A stretch of 33,509 nucleotides of DNA from Candidatus Woesebacteria bacterium (GCA_016432365.1 CP066686.1:757992-791500), one strand, 5' to 3'. Shown: positions 7,687-16,640, numbered from the stretch's first letter. Notes: generated from the letters alone by a model not told the origin. Made by a program: numbers and translations.

Positions 7687-8742
7687 ATGAGAAAATTTCT
7701 TTTTCCCATATACTACATACTGATCCCGGTCACATTCATTTTGATAGGTTGGTTTGCCAATACAGCTTGGAATTTGCCAAGAAATGAAAAAAATATTATA
7801 AGTGAAATCAGGCCACGCCCACTGGATAAATATGCTTTTGAAAATCTAAGTCACGCTAGGGTCGATCCCTCACAAATTGAAATTGGGAGGGTAATCAAGG
7901 ATTATCCTACATTTACTTCTTATGAATTTTCTTTTAATTTTGACCCAACCCTTACAAACGGTCCAAAAAAGAAAGTTGCGGGCTTAATTAATGTTCCGAA
8001 AGACGGAGGTCCATATCCGGTAATTGTTATGTTCCGCGGGTATGTTGACCAAAAACAATATGTAATAGGAACTGGAACCCAACATGCGGGGGAGTTTTTT
8101 GCACAAAACGGATTTATTACAATTGCGCCCGATTTTCTTGGGTATGGCAATTCGGATTCCGAAGCAGGCGATATTTTTGAGTCACGATTCCAAACATACA
8201 CCACCGCTCTAACTCTTCTAAAATCAATGGAGGCTTTAAAGACACGGTCTTTAAAGGTGGAATCGAACGATATTGATGTTGATACACATAATATTCATAT
8301 TTGGGGGCATTCAAACGGGGGACAAATCGCCCTAGCCGTACTCGAAATTACAGGCAAAGCTTACCCAACAGTCCTTTGGGCTCCGAATTCAGCCAAATTT
8401 CCTTACTCAATACTTTACTATCTTGATGAGGCAAGTGACGAAGGCAAGCTGGTTATAACTAAGTTAGCCGATTTTATGAATGATTACGATACGACAAAAT
8501 ACTCTATTAGAAGTTATTTTGACAAAATAAATCCGGATACAAAGATGCAGATTCATCAGGGTCTTGCTGACGACGCTGTGCCTGTAGTTTGGACTGAGTC
8601 ACTTGTAAAAAAGTTAAAAGCTTTAAAATTGAATATATCGTACCTCAAATACCCGGGAGCTGACCACAACTTAACGCCGTCATGGCAGAAAGCTGCTGAA
8701 AATAGTGTGACTTTCTTTAAGTCGCAAACAGTAGTAGAATAA
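7687..8742 (+). CDS. Alpha/beta hydrolase (S9 peptidase / dienelactone hydrolase-like), membrane anchored
   Basis: It has an N-terminal TM helix and the nucleophile elbow GHSNGG (IHIWGHSNGGQIA). A late acidic residue and the ADHN His are consistent with a Ser-Asp-His triad. Confidence 0.75.
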   Translation: MRKFLFPIYYILIPVTFILIGWFANTAWNLPRNEKNIISEIRPRPLDKYAFENLSHARVDPSQIEIGRVIKDYPTFTSYEFSFNFDPTLTNGPKKKVAGLINVPKDGGPYPVIVMFRGYVDQKQYVIGTGTQHAGEFFAQNGFITIAPDFLGYGNSDSEAGDIFESRFQTYTTALTLLKSMEALKTRSLKVESNDIDVDTHNIHIWGHSNGGQIALAVLEITGKAYPTVLWAPNSAKFPYSILYYLDEASDEGKLVITKLADFMNDYDTTKYSIRSYFDKINPDTKMQIHQGLADDAVPVVWTESLVKKLKALKLNISYLKYPGADHNLTPSWQKAAENSVTFFKSQTVVE

Positions 8743-8752
8743 CCTCCCAAAG

Positions 8753-9220
8753 ATGAAGGAGCGTAAACCCAGATTTATAAGTATAGCCAGAGTAAATGCC
8801 ATGATTGGGGCACTTAGCGACGGCGCTAACGCAGACGATCTCCAGTCTGCTGCAAATATGGCTGAAAGAAGAATTACGGACAAAAAGGGCAGGCAGTCAG
8901 AAAGTAATTTTGTGCGTATTAGCAAAAAAATTCCTGAGATTAAACAAATTGACCCAGGCACGAGCCGTGAAAACCGTGAGTGGAACACAGACTTCTGGAT
9001 CGTATTCCGCGAACCGATACATGGAAGAAAAATGTTACCCTTGGAAGTTAAAAGTTCGGATTTTGGTGTACGTGAGGTTAAAAATGGCAAAGATTTCAAA
9101 AGGAACGAATTAGTACTTGTTGTGAATTCGGGAAAAAGAAGACAGGATGCCGAAATCATCAAGGATTTCAGAGAAGAGCTTAATAGGGTTTCCGCGCTTC
9201 TTGCAAACCTAAAATCCTAA
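8753..9220 (+). CDS. Hypothetical protein with a possible PD-(D/E)xK nuclease-like motif
   Basis: It is a 155-aa charged protein. NTDFWIVF...LPLEVKSS resembles the D...(D/E)xK core. The nearly co-extensive antisense ORF 8680..9162 is Ser/Leu-rich and looks like a shadow. Confidence 0.45.
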   Translation: MKERKPRFISIARVNAMIGALSDGANADDLQSAANMAERRITDKKGRQSESNFVRISKKIPEIKQIDPGTSRENREWNTDFWIVFREPIHGRKMLPLEVKSSDFGVREVKNGKDFKRNELVLVVNSGKRRQDAEIIKDFREELNRVSALLANLKS

Positions 9221-9260
9221 AGATCTTGACTTTTTACGTTATAAAATCGATACTTAGTTA

Positions 9261-9599
9261 ATGAAGCTTATTGTTAGGCTTGCTCTAAACGTACTTGCAC
9301 TCTTTATAGTTGAATATTTGGTGCCTGGATTCAGGCTTTCAGGCCTGTGGACCGCAGTTGTGGCGGCCGTGGTAATAGGTATCGCAAATACTTTTATTAA
9401 ACCCATTCTTCAGCTAATAGCTCTTCCGATCTCTATCCTTACCTTCGGTATTGCAGCATTTCTAATCAATGTATTCCTTCTTTGGGGTGTTTCTATGATT
9501 GTTCCGGGTTTTGTAATTGCAGGTTTTTGGACGGCAGTAGTTGCCTCAATCGCCCTATCCTTCGTAAGCTGGTTTCTTCATTCCCTGGCTCAAGACTAA
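9261..9599 (+). CDS. Phage holin family 4 / YvlD (DUF360)-like membrane protein
   Basis: It is 112 aa with 4 TM segments. The VPGF motif is repeated (LVPGFRLSG, IVPGFVIAGFWTA), as is typical of PF04020 proteins. Confidence 0.7.
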   Translation: MKLIVRLALNVLALFIVEYLVPGFRLSGLWTAVVAAVVIGIANTFIKPILQLIALPISILTFGIAAFLINVFLLWGVSMIVPGFVIAGFWTAVVASIALSFVSWFLHSLAQD

Positions 9600-9680
9600 C
9601 AAAAACGGAAAAAGGAAAAGCTATTAACTAATCTCTTAGTTCTTCACTTTTCCTTCTTCGCTTTTACTTAAGAAAGTAAA

Positions 9681-9944
9681 TTACTGTCTTGGTTCCATAG
9701 GTCTGGCCAAGTTAACATTAATCTTTCTTCCTTTAAGGTCGAATTGATTGAATTTCTCAATTGCGGCCTTTGCTTCTTCCTCAGTGCTCATGGTAATAAA
9801 ACCGAAACCACGGCTCCTGCCTGTCATTTTGTCCGTGATAACTGCTGCATCGGTAACTGTACCGGCATCAGCAAATAAAGCCTTAAGATCTTCAGCAACT
9901 ACTGTAAAATCTAAATTTCCAATAAAAAGTTTTGAATTTTGCAT
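9681..9944 (-). CDS. RRM-type RNA-binding protein
   Basis: RNP2 is KLFIGNL and RNP1 is RGFGFITM. The start is set to ATG 9944 (MQNSKLF...). Confidence 0.85.
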   Translation of the reverse strand: MQNSKLFIGNLDFTVVAEDLKALFADAGTVTDAAVITDKMTGRSRGFGFITMSTEEEAKAAIEKFNQFDLKGRKINVNLARPMEPRQ

Positions 9945-10130
9945 TTGTAAGTTTAAACCACGCAAAAACTAGTCTGCGTATGTTTAATTTTTGTGGTCAC
10001 CTCCTTTCATTAAGTCTTTCTCTGGGGGCTAGAGCTTACGAAGAATTAAGAGGAATACTCCTTTACTTCTAACACTCAAACTACCTTCCCTTTGAAAACT
10101 GCAAAAGTATTATATAATATTAATTGCGAT

Positions 10131-10307
10131 ATGGCAAACGACAAGTCAAAAATCGAAGAAAAGATCTTGAAAATTCCTATGCTTAACATTGGAAAGAAGC
10201 CTTCCATGTTTTCCGGAGGTAGGGGTTTTCAGGCCAAATCACCCGGTGCCAGGTTCATTCCTCCTGTTGTTCGTGTAACCCAGAGCAAGGGTTCAGGTGG
10301 AAAATAA
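10131..10307 (+). CDS. Small basic hypothetical protein (58 aa)
   Basis: ATG 10131 follows a TATAAT at 10113-10118. I recognise no family, so coding status is uncertain. Confidence 0.3.
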   Translation: MANDKSKIEEKILKIPMLNIGKKPSMFSGGRGFQAKSPGARFIPPVVRVTQSKGSGGK

Positions 10308-10421
10308 ACACCAGATAACCGGACAACTCGGAAAACTCAGAATGTCAGATTTTCCGATATTCAGACCTCCAAAGATTCTGAGTATTCCGAATATCTGAAA
10401 GTGAGGGTATAATACCAATCT

Positions 10422-11270
10422 ATGTCAGATAAAATAACTTCGGTAATCGCCCGAGAAAATGGTGGCAATATTCAAATCACATTCACCATCCCTTTTGACC
10501 TTGTAAAAAGGGCCCAGGAAGAAACAATTGCCGAAATGGCCAAAGATATTGAGATCCCCGGATTTAGAAAGGGCATGGCCCCGCTTGCAAAAGTCGCGGA
10601 AAAAATTCCCCAAAACCGAATCATTGAACATGCTCTTGGGCACCTTCTTCCTCCTGCTTTGGCAGAATCAGTAGAGAAGAATAATCTGAAACTTGCAATT
10701 TATCCTAAATTTGAGCTCATTAGCGGTAAAGAAAATGAGCCCTGGCAAATAATGGGGCTTACTTGTGAACTGCCGGAAGTTACTTTGGGAGATTACAAGA
10801 AATTTGTGCAAGGCGCACTTCGGGCAAGCTCTATTATTACCGGCCCAGCCTCCGCTAAAGCTACGGCGGGCAGGGAAGAAAAAGAGGGAGTTGTCATTAA
10901 GGCTCTAATTGATAATGTTAAAATTGAAATCCCTCAAATCTTAATTGAAGAAGAAGCCGATAGCAGGCTCAGCAGTCTTCTTTCCAGACTTGAAAAATTA
11001 GGCTTAGCCCTGGAAGGCTACTTGGCCTCTATGAAGAAAAAGCCGGAGGACCTACGCGCGGAATATGCCGTACAGGCCAAACAAGCCATAGCAATAGATT
11101 TGATTTTAAGTAAAATCGCAGTCGATCAAAATATGAAAATCGAGCCTAAAGAAATTGACGAAGCAATTAAAATTTCTGGTTCGTCAGATACTTCCGACGA
11201 GCGTAAACGTCTGATAGAGTCAATCCTCAAGCGCCGCAAGGCTCTGGACTTCCTCATAAGTTTAGTTTAA
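10422..11270 (+). CDS. tig: Trigger factor, short form without a PPIase domain
   Basis: The ribosome-binding signature GFRKGMAP is present in the N-domain. The C-terminal arm region (IPQILIEEEADSRL...) follows directly. The protein is only 282 aa. Confidence 0.75.
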   Translation: MSDKITSVIARENGGNIQITFTIPFDLVKRAQEETIAEMAKDIEIPGFRKGMAPLAKVAEKIPQNRIIEHALGHLLPPALAESVEKNNLKLAIYPKFELISGKENEPWQIMGLTCELPEVTLGDYKKFVQGALRASSIITGPASAKATAGREEKEGVVIKALIDNVKIEIPQILIEEEADSRLSSLLSRLEKLGLALEGYLASMKKKPEDLRAEYAVQAKQAIAIDLILSKIAVDQNMKIEPKEIDEAIKISGSSDTSDERKRLIESILKRRKALDFLISLV

Positions 11271-11307
11271 CTTGAATTATGGCCCGCATAGGGGTAAAAT
11301 CGGCCAG

Positions 11308-11937
11308 ATGACAGACAGCAAAAAGAAAGGCCAGAAATTAATTACCAAGCAAAACATTCTCGAATCCTTAAAAGATTTGGGCGGGGGAGCTATGAGTCAG
11401 TCTGGTGATCTTCTAAAATCCACTTCGGAAGACTTTTTCAGAGAGTTAATGGGCATTGGTAGCGCTCAGGTAAAAAGATCCGGCGAAATCGGTCCGGGGG
11501 AATCTCTGCAAATGAGCGAGGTGTTAAACGGCAAAGAGGAAGAGAACAAAAAACTCCGGGCTCAAATCAGTTTGGAGAGACAGATGTCAAATGAAGAAAT
11601 GAGACTGTCTCAGGACAAATCAAATCAATTAAAAGTCCAGCTACAGGCTTTAACACAAGAAGTTGTAAAAGTGGCCCAGAGTACGGGAAATTTAGCTGAA
11701 GCAACTCAGGTCGCTATGATTCAAGCACCTGCTTCACCCGGAGTTTACCATTTAATATTTTTTGAGAAAGTTTTGGAATTTTTACAATCATTTAGAGCTA
11801 AAATTGATAACGCTGCAACATGGCTTCAAAGCTCCAACAAAAGAGCACAAAAGAAAAATTATTGGAGCATGTACAAAAAGAAAGGAAGCTCGTTCCTTCT
11901 TTCCCCAGATCACTATCTGCAAAGATCGGCGGGTTAG
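11308..11937 (+). CDS. Hypothetical coiled-coil protein
   Basis: It starts at ATG 11308 (MTDSKKKGQ...) and has a central heptad-like KLRAQISLERQ...LKVQLQALTQEV segment. I recognise no family. Confidence 0.45.
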   Translation: MTDSKKKGQKLITKQNILESLKDLGGGAMSQSGDLLKSTSEDFFRELMGIGSAQVKRSGEIGPGESLQMSEVLNGKEEENKKLRAQISLERQMSNEEMRLSQDKSNQLKVQLQALTQEVVKVAQSTGNLAEATQVAMIQAPASPGVYHLIFFEKVLEFLQSFRAKIDNAATWLQSSNKRAQKKNYWSMYKKKGSSFLLSPDHYLQRSAG

Positions 11938-11954
11938 TGTGATATACCAAAAGC

Positions 11955-12497
11955 ATGATCGAACCTCAATTTCCAAATAATATGTCGGGTAATTTTGATG
12001 AAAGACTAAGCAGAGTTAACCGCCTATTAGATGACCAGAAGTTCGTTGAACACCTGAACACGACTTTCATTATGGATTCTAAAGTTGACGGCCAAAGACC
12101 ATATAAAAGCTATGAAATCGAAATGGGCAATGAATCGATTGTCGAAGCAGAAAAAGACGGTTTTAAATTTGAACCTGATAATATATGTTTTAAATTGGGG
12201 AACGGACTCGCAGCAAATACAGAAAACTTTACAAAGGCTGGGTCATTTGTACTAACAGGGGAAACTGTTTCTGAATTTGTAGATTCTTTTTTATTCCGAG
12301 CAATGAAAGATGGTTGGCGTCCGGATGAAATTGGCGTGGCTGCAGAAGCAATAGTTACGGGGGCAATTGGAATTGGCTTCGGAATTCCGTTTGAGAGTTA
12401 CCAAACGGATATTACAATTAGCGGACAAGGCCTTTTGGAAGATACCTATTTTATGGACGTGCAGTTTCGTCCTATCCCCAAAAACATCGAGGTATAA
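11955..12497 (+). CDS. Hypothetical protein
   Basis: It is a 180-aa ORF with no recognisable motif. Confidence 0.45.
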   Translation: MIEPQFPNNMSGNFDERLSRVNRLLDDQKFVEHLNTTFIMDSKVDGQRPYKSYEIEMGNESIVEAEKDGFKFEPDNICFKLGNGLAANTENFTKAGSFVLTGETVSEFVDSFLFRAMKDGWRPDEIGVAAEAIVTGAIGIGFGIPFESYQTDITISGQGLLEDTYFMDVQFRPIPKNIEV

Positions 12498-12519
12498 ATT
12501 TGCTATAATACACCTACGC

Positions 12520-12593
12520 GGATTCTTAGCTCAGTTGGCTAGAGCGTCTCATTGACGTTGAGAAGGTCACAGGTTCGAGTCCTGTAGAATCCA
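12520..12593 (+). tRNA. tRNA-Val (anticodon GAC)
   Basis: The acceptor is GGATTCT/AGAATCC with TA at positions 8-9 and D-arm GCTC...GAGC. The anticodon loop is TTGACGT and the T-arm is ACAGG-TTCGAGT-CCTGT. An extended -10 (TGcTATAAT) lies at 12501-12509. Confidence 0.9.
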
Positions 12594-12597
12594 CTAG

Positions 12598-12891
12598 TTA
12601 GTCTTCTTCAGGAATACTTGAAGGCTTGTAAATAATTTGAGTTGCGACTACATAACCTTGTTTGTCGCCTTTATAAATCGGGTAAAGTGCGACGCTCGGA
12701 ACCTCCTGTGAGAGTTTTGGCAAAGTTTGCATCCAGTTTTGTTTTAGTTCCTCAAACTTTGAAATCGCCTCAGGCGGGGCGGGGCAAATATGCCCTTCCG
12801 CATCCCACACCGGAACGTCAAAAAAATATTCTTCAATAATTTCGGATCTTAATCTTTCCATTGTTGAGGATTGTAGCAGGAATGGGGTCAT
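12598..12891 (-). CDS. Hypothetical protein
   Basis: This 97-aa ORF has an ATGA start/stop overlap with the upstream HAD gene, which suggests co-translation in the uppP-HAD operon. Confidence 0.45.
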   Translation of the reverse strand: MTPFLLQSSTMERLRSEIIEEYFFDVPVWDAEGHICPAPPEAISKFEELKQNWMQTLPKLSQEVPSVALYPIYKGDKQGYVVATQIIYKPSSIPEED

Positions 12892-13355
12892 TCCAAAAGA
12901 TCGATATAGTCCATTAAGCTATGATTGTCTTTATACTGAAAGACGTTCAAACCTGCATATTTAGCAGCTAAAATATTGTCTTCCAAATCGTCCACAAACA
13001 AAATTTCTTCAGGCTTTAATTTTAAGGTCCGGGATATCCTTTTATATGATTCCAAATCCTTTTTAGAAATAGCCATCTGTTCAGCAGAAAAAATTTTTTC
13101 GAATAACGAAGCAACCTTATATTTTATTTCCGGTGCATCCTGAATAGTTCCGGACGTAAACAAGTAAAGCTTATACCTATTTTTTAAATTTCTGAGAAAT
13201 ATCATTAATTCCTCATTAAATTCGAAATTTTGCAATATATCGTAACTTGGATTTACGGCAAGTTTCCTGTGAAGAGCGTTCAATTCTCCCGTATATTCTT
13301 TATCCTTGGGAAAAAATAGAGTTCTAGAAAAATCAAAAATTAAAGCTTTTATCAT
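12888..13355 (-). CDS. HAD superfamily hydrolase
   Basis: MIKALIFDFSRTL is motif I with Ser at the second Asp position. LFTSGT is motif II and VDDLEDN is motif IV. I prefer ATG 13355 over the tracked TTG 13376. Confidence 0.75.
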   Translation of the reverse strand: MIKALIFDFSRTLFFPKDKEYTGELNALHRKLAVNPSYDILQNFEFNEELMIFLRNLKNRYKLYLFTSGTIQDAPEIKYKVASLFEKIFSAEQMAISKKDLESYKRISRTLKLKPEEILFVDDLEDNILAAKYAGLNVFQYKDNHSLMDYIDLLE

Positions 13356-13365
13356 ATGGTTGATT

Positions 13366-14136
13366 TTATCTAACAAAAAACCAAAAAAGTATTGCGATAG
13401 CTATTCTGTAAATTCCAAATGCGGTAAAATCGTGCTTCTTGACGTATCCGATTAAAAACTTAACTGCAAGAGTTGCAAAGAAAAATGCGAGAACGGATCC
13501 CATAAAAAGCGTCAGAAATCCACTCTGTGCAATCATTTGACGAGATCTGTAAATATCCAAGGTGGTTGCCGCAAACATTGTGGGAATTGCCAAAAGAAAT
13601 GAAAATTCGACTGCGGTGGGCCGATCTAGTCCCGCTAGAAGCCCACCTACAACTGTCGCCGCGGCTCTGGAAACTCCGGGAATAACCGAGAGAGACTGGA
13701 AAGTCCCAATAATTAACGCCTGTCGGTAAGTTATAGTTTTCCCTTCTTCGCTTATAGCTTTTCGCTTTTTGATAAAATACTCGACTCCAATTAGAGCTAA
13801 ACCGCCAAAGAATAAAGCATTTAAAGTTATTGAGCTGCTTCCCAGTAATACCCCTTTAATTAGTGGATAAAGAGTAAATCCAACAATAGCTGTTGGTATA
13901 AATGCAACCGCAAGTTTTTTGACAAGGTCGGACCTTGTCAACAATTTCTTTGAGAAGAGAACGACAACTGCCATGATCGCTCCAAGTTGGATTACAATTT
14001 CGAAAGTTTTTACAAAATCTGTTTCTGCAATGCCAAGAAGCTTACTAACCAAAATCAGGTGCCCGGTAGAAGAAATAGGCAAGAATTCGGTTATTCCCTC
14101 TACTGCAGAGAGAATTATGACGTCAAGAAAGTTCAT
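13366..14136 (-). CDS. uppP: Undecaprenyl-diphosphate phosphatase
   Basis: MNFLDVIILSAVEGITEFLPISSTGHL plus PGVSRAAAT match the BacA/UppP signatures. The tracked N-terminal extension to 14310 runs through the tRNA-Ala gene and is rejected. Confidence 0.9.
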   Translation of the reverse strand: MNFLDVIILSAVEGITEFLPISSTGHLILVSKLLGIAETDFVKTFEIVIQLGAIMAVVVLFSKKLLTRSDLVKKLAVAFIPTAIVGFTLYPLIKGVLLGSSSITLNALFFGGLALIGVEYFIKKRKAISEEGKTITYRQALIIGTFQSLSVIPGVSRAAATVVGGLLAGLDRPTAVEFSFLLAIPTMFAATTLDIYRSRQMIAQSGFLTLFMGSVLAFFFATLAVKFLIGYVKKHDFTAFGIYRIAIAILFWFFVR

Positions 14137-14254
14137 TCTATGAGTATATACCCAAATATTCTTCGGGAAAACCGATTTGCATCGTTGTGAACGTAAACCA
14201 TTCTTTTTTGAGTTTACAGATGTTATAATTCGTTGTTCCTGTCTATTTCGATGC

Positions 14255-14325
14255 GGGCTCGTGGTATACCGGTAACACGCTTCCATGGCATGGAAGAGTA
14301 GCGGGTCCAATTCCCGCCGAGTCCA
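14255..14325 (+). tRNA. tRNA-Ala (anticodon GGC)
   Basis: The acceptor GGGCTCG/CGAGTCC includes the G3:U70 wobble, the Ala identity element. The anticodon stem CTTCC/GGAAG carries loop ATGGCAT. The T-arm is GCGGG-TCCAATT-CCCGC and the discriminator is A. Confidence 0.85.
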
Positions 14326-14408
14326 CTGGATAAATTAATTAATTAGGAGTATAATCAAAGCTATAGGCTTCAACTCCGCGCAGGCGGAGTTATCTTTGCC
14401 CTAAAACT

Positions 14409-16220
14409 ATGGAAATCAGAAATGTTGCCATCATCGCTCACGTTGACCACGGTAAAACCACCTTGGTTGACGCTCTTTTGCGTCAATCTCATACCGAGAT
14501 GAAGAAAGAAGACGAGGGCCAAGAGGCAATAATGGACAGTAACGAACTTGAAAGAGAACGAGGCATCACAATTTTTAGTAAAAACGCTTCAGTTGAGTAT
14601 AAGGGCATAAAAATTAATATTATCGATACCCCGGGTCATGCAGACTTCGGAGGAGAAGTTGAACGTGTCCTTTCTATGGCTGACGGAGCTCTCTTGTTGG
14701 TTGATGCCAAGGAGGGCCCTATGCCTCAGACAAGATTTGTTCTCCGGGAGGCATTAAAACTTGGTATCAAAATAATTGTTGTTGTAAACAAAATTGATAA
14801 AAAAGGGGCAAGACCCGACTGGGTTCATGGAAAAACTTTTGATTTATTTGTGGAACTGGGAGCAAAAGAAGAAGAAGCTTTTTTCCCGGTAGTTTTCGCC
14901 AGCGGCCGTGACGGGAAAGCGGGTTTGGAACCGGATTTAGCCAAAATGACCGATATTACGCCTATTTTTGATATGATTCTCAAAGAAATTCCACCTCCCG
15001 TAATACACAACGATCTTCCGCTTCAAATGCTTGTAAGCAATATCGGACGCGATAGCTATAAAGGAAGGATCGCCATAGGTAAAATCCACTCCGGCACAAT
15101 TAAAAACGGCCAAGACGTTGCCCATATCAACCGTGAAGGACAAATAAATAAATATAAAATTACTTCACTTACAACATTTAAAGGACTTGGTAAGAAAGAT
15201 GAAACAGAAGCTTTTGCGGGAGATATTGTTTCAGTAACAGGAATTTTGGATGTTAATATCGGAGAAACTATCGCTGACCCGCTTTCACCGGTTGCTCTGC
15301 CGCTTTTAGATATTGAGGAACCGACAGTCAAAATGGTTTTTATGGTCAACAATTCTCCGTTTGGCGGACATGAGGGGGAATTTAAAACATCAAGCCAGAT
15401 CAGGGCCAGATTGTACAAAGAACTGGAAACGGATGTGGCTCTTAGGGTATTTGATAATCCGGACGGAACATGGACTGTCATGGGACGCGGAGAACTGCAC
15501 TTGGCAATATTTATTGAACGCATAAGACGAGAAGGATACGAGTTCCAAGTAAGTAGACCTCATGTGGTAAACAAAATTGTTGACGGTAAAAAACTCACCC
15601 CTTACGAAAAACTGTATGTCGAAGTTCCGGAGGCTTATTCCGGCGTTGTTATTCAAAAGATGGGCCAGAGGCATTCAAAAATGGACAATATGGAAACAAC
15701 AGAAGGAATTACATATTTGGAATTTACAATTGCAACCAAAGAGTTAATCGGTTTCAGAAGTGAATTCATTACAGACACGAAGGGTTTGGGGATAATGAAC
15801 GCCGCATTTTATGAATTTATGCCGGATGATGGCTTTACCAGAGAACGGGAACGCGGGAGTTTGGTAGCTTTTGAAACCGGAGAAACACGTCTTTATGGTA
15901 TGACTCAAGTTCAGGATCAGGGAGAGTTTTTTGTAGGACCTGCAGAAAAGGTATACAAAGGCCAGGTAATCGGACAGTGCTCAAGGGCCGGAGACCTCCG
16001 CGTTAATGCTTGTAAAGAGAAGAAACTGTCCAATATGAGAAGTAAGGGTGACGGTTCAATGGAACACTTTAACGTCCCTCACAGGATGGGACTCGAAGAG
16101 GCTTTGGAATACATCGACGATTCAGAACTCGTGGAGATTACCCCTAAATCAATCCGTATAAGAAAAGCAATCCTGGACGAAACAGAGGCCAGAAAACAAG
16201 CAAAACTTCAAAAAAAGTAG
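14409..16220 (+). CDS. typA: Translational GTPase TypA/BipA
   Basis: NVAIIAHVDHGKTTLVD (G1), DTPGHADF (G3) and NKID (G4) are present. The 603-aa length and C-terminal domain pattern fit BipA. Confidence 0.95.
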   Translation: MEIRNVAIIAHVDHGKTTLVDALLRQSHTEMKKEDEGQEAIMDSNELERERGITIFSKNASVEYKGIKINIIDTPGHADFGGEVERVLSMADGALLLVDAKEGPMPQTRFVLREALKLGIKIIVVVNKIDKKGARPDWVHGKTFDLFVELGAKEEEAFFPVVFASGRDGKAGLEPDLAKMTDITPIFDMILKEIPPPVIHNDLPLQMLVSNIGRDSYKGRIAIGKIHSGTIKNGQDVAHINREGQINKYKITSLTTFKGLGKKDETEAFAGDIVSVTGILDVNIGETIADPLSPVALPLLDIEEPTVKMVFMVNNSPFGGHEGEFKTSSQIRARLYKELETDVALRVFDNPDGTWTVMGRGELHLAIFIERIRREGYEFQVSRPHVVNKIVDGKKLTPYEKLYVEVPEAYSGVVIQKMGQRHSKMDNMETTEGITYLEFTIATKELIGFRSEFITDTKGLGIMNAAFYEFMPDDGFTRERERGSLVAFETGETRLYGMTQVQDQGEFFVGPAEKVYKGQVIGQCSRAGDLRVNACKEKKLSNMRSKGDGSMEHFNVPHRMGLEEALEYIDDSELVEITPKSIRIRKAILDETEARKQAKLQKK

Positions 16221-16269
16221 TACAATTTCCCCACGATTTCTTGCACTTACTATCAAAAAGGAGACTCAA

Positions 16270-16569
16270 ATGATTCTTGTATTTGAAGTTGCAACAAAAG
16301 ACTGGAACGTACTCACCGATATCGCCGGGAAGATAAATACAATCATCACGAGGGATAGAGAAAATCTCTTTATCCATGAGTGTATCTTCAAGAGATACAC
16401 GGAACCTTACTATCATGCAAATCTTGATAATGGAAAGATGCTGTCTATCGGCGAACCTGTCATTTTCGCATACGGTTTGCGGCATTGCTGGAACGGCGAC
16501 CCAACCAAAATAAGCCTCTTCTGCTCCGAGGTAAAAGAGGCGACAGGAGTCGAAATAATTCCGCTGTAG
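16270..16569 (+). CDS. Hypothetical protein (99 aa)
   Basis: A strong SD (AAGGAG) lies 7 nt before the ATG and a terminator follows. I prefer it over the antisense ORF 16144..16581. Confidence 0.5.
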   Translation: MILVFEVATKDWNVLTDIAGKINTIITRDRENLFIHECIFKRYTEPYYHANLDNGKMLSIGEPVIFAYGLRHCWNGDPTKISLFCSEVKEATGVEIIPL

Positions 16570-16588
16570 CAAATCAAACATTCAAATC

Positions 16589-16640
16589 GGGACGTGAGAC
16601 GTCAAACAAAAATTGATATCTCACGTCCCAAGTATTTTTA
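16589..16640 (+). terminator. Intrinsic terminator
   Basis: An 11-bp stem, GGGACGTGAGA (16589-16599) with TCTCACGTCCC (16619-16629), is followed by AAGTATTTTT. Confidence 0.6.

Noticed and set aside
6849-8233. The 27-nt inverted copies as the ends of a programmed invertible segment.
   Set aside because: Inversion would swap the N-terminal halves of dinB and the hydrolase and create in-frame chimeras of unrelated folds, which has no plausible function. No invertase gene is present. The repeat itself is reported separately.
9997-10008. TCACCTCCTTTC, identical to the 3' terminus of 16S rRNA (anti-SD).
   Set aside because: It is an isolated 12-mer with no flanking rRNA sequence. On the minus strand it is an SD-like GAAAGGAGGTGA in the 5' region of the RRM gene, about 55 nt from the ATG, with no start codon at SD distance, so I cannot assign a function.
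13366-14310. The tracked 314-aa version of uppP, with a 58-aa N-terminal extension.
   Set aside because: The extension runs through the tRNA-Ala gene (14255-14325) and has no UppP similarity. The canonical MNFLDVIILSAVEGITEFLPISSTGH start is at 14136.
16144-16581. The 145-aa minus-strand ORF overlapping the typA end and the 99-aa plus-strand ORF.
   Set aside because: It overlaps the typA 3' end and has no SD. The plus-strand ORF 16270..16569 has a strong AAGGAG SD and is followed by a terminator.
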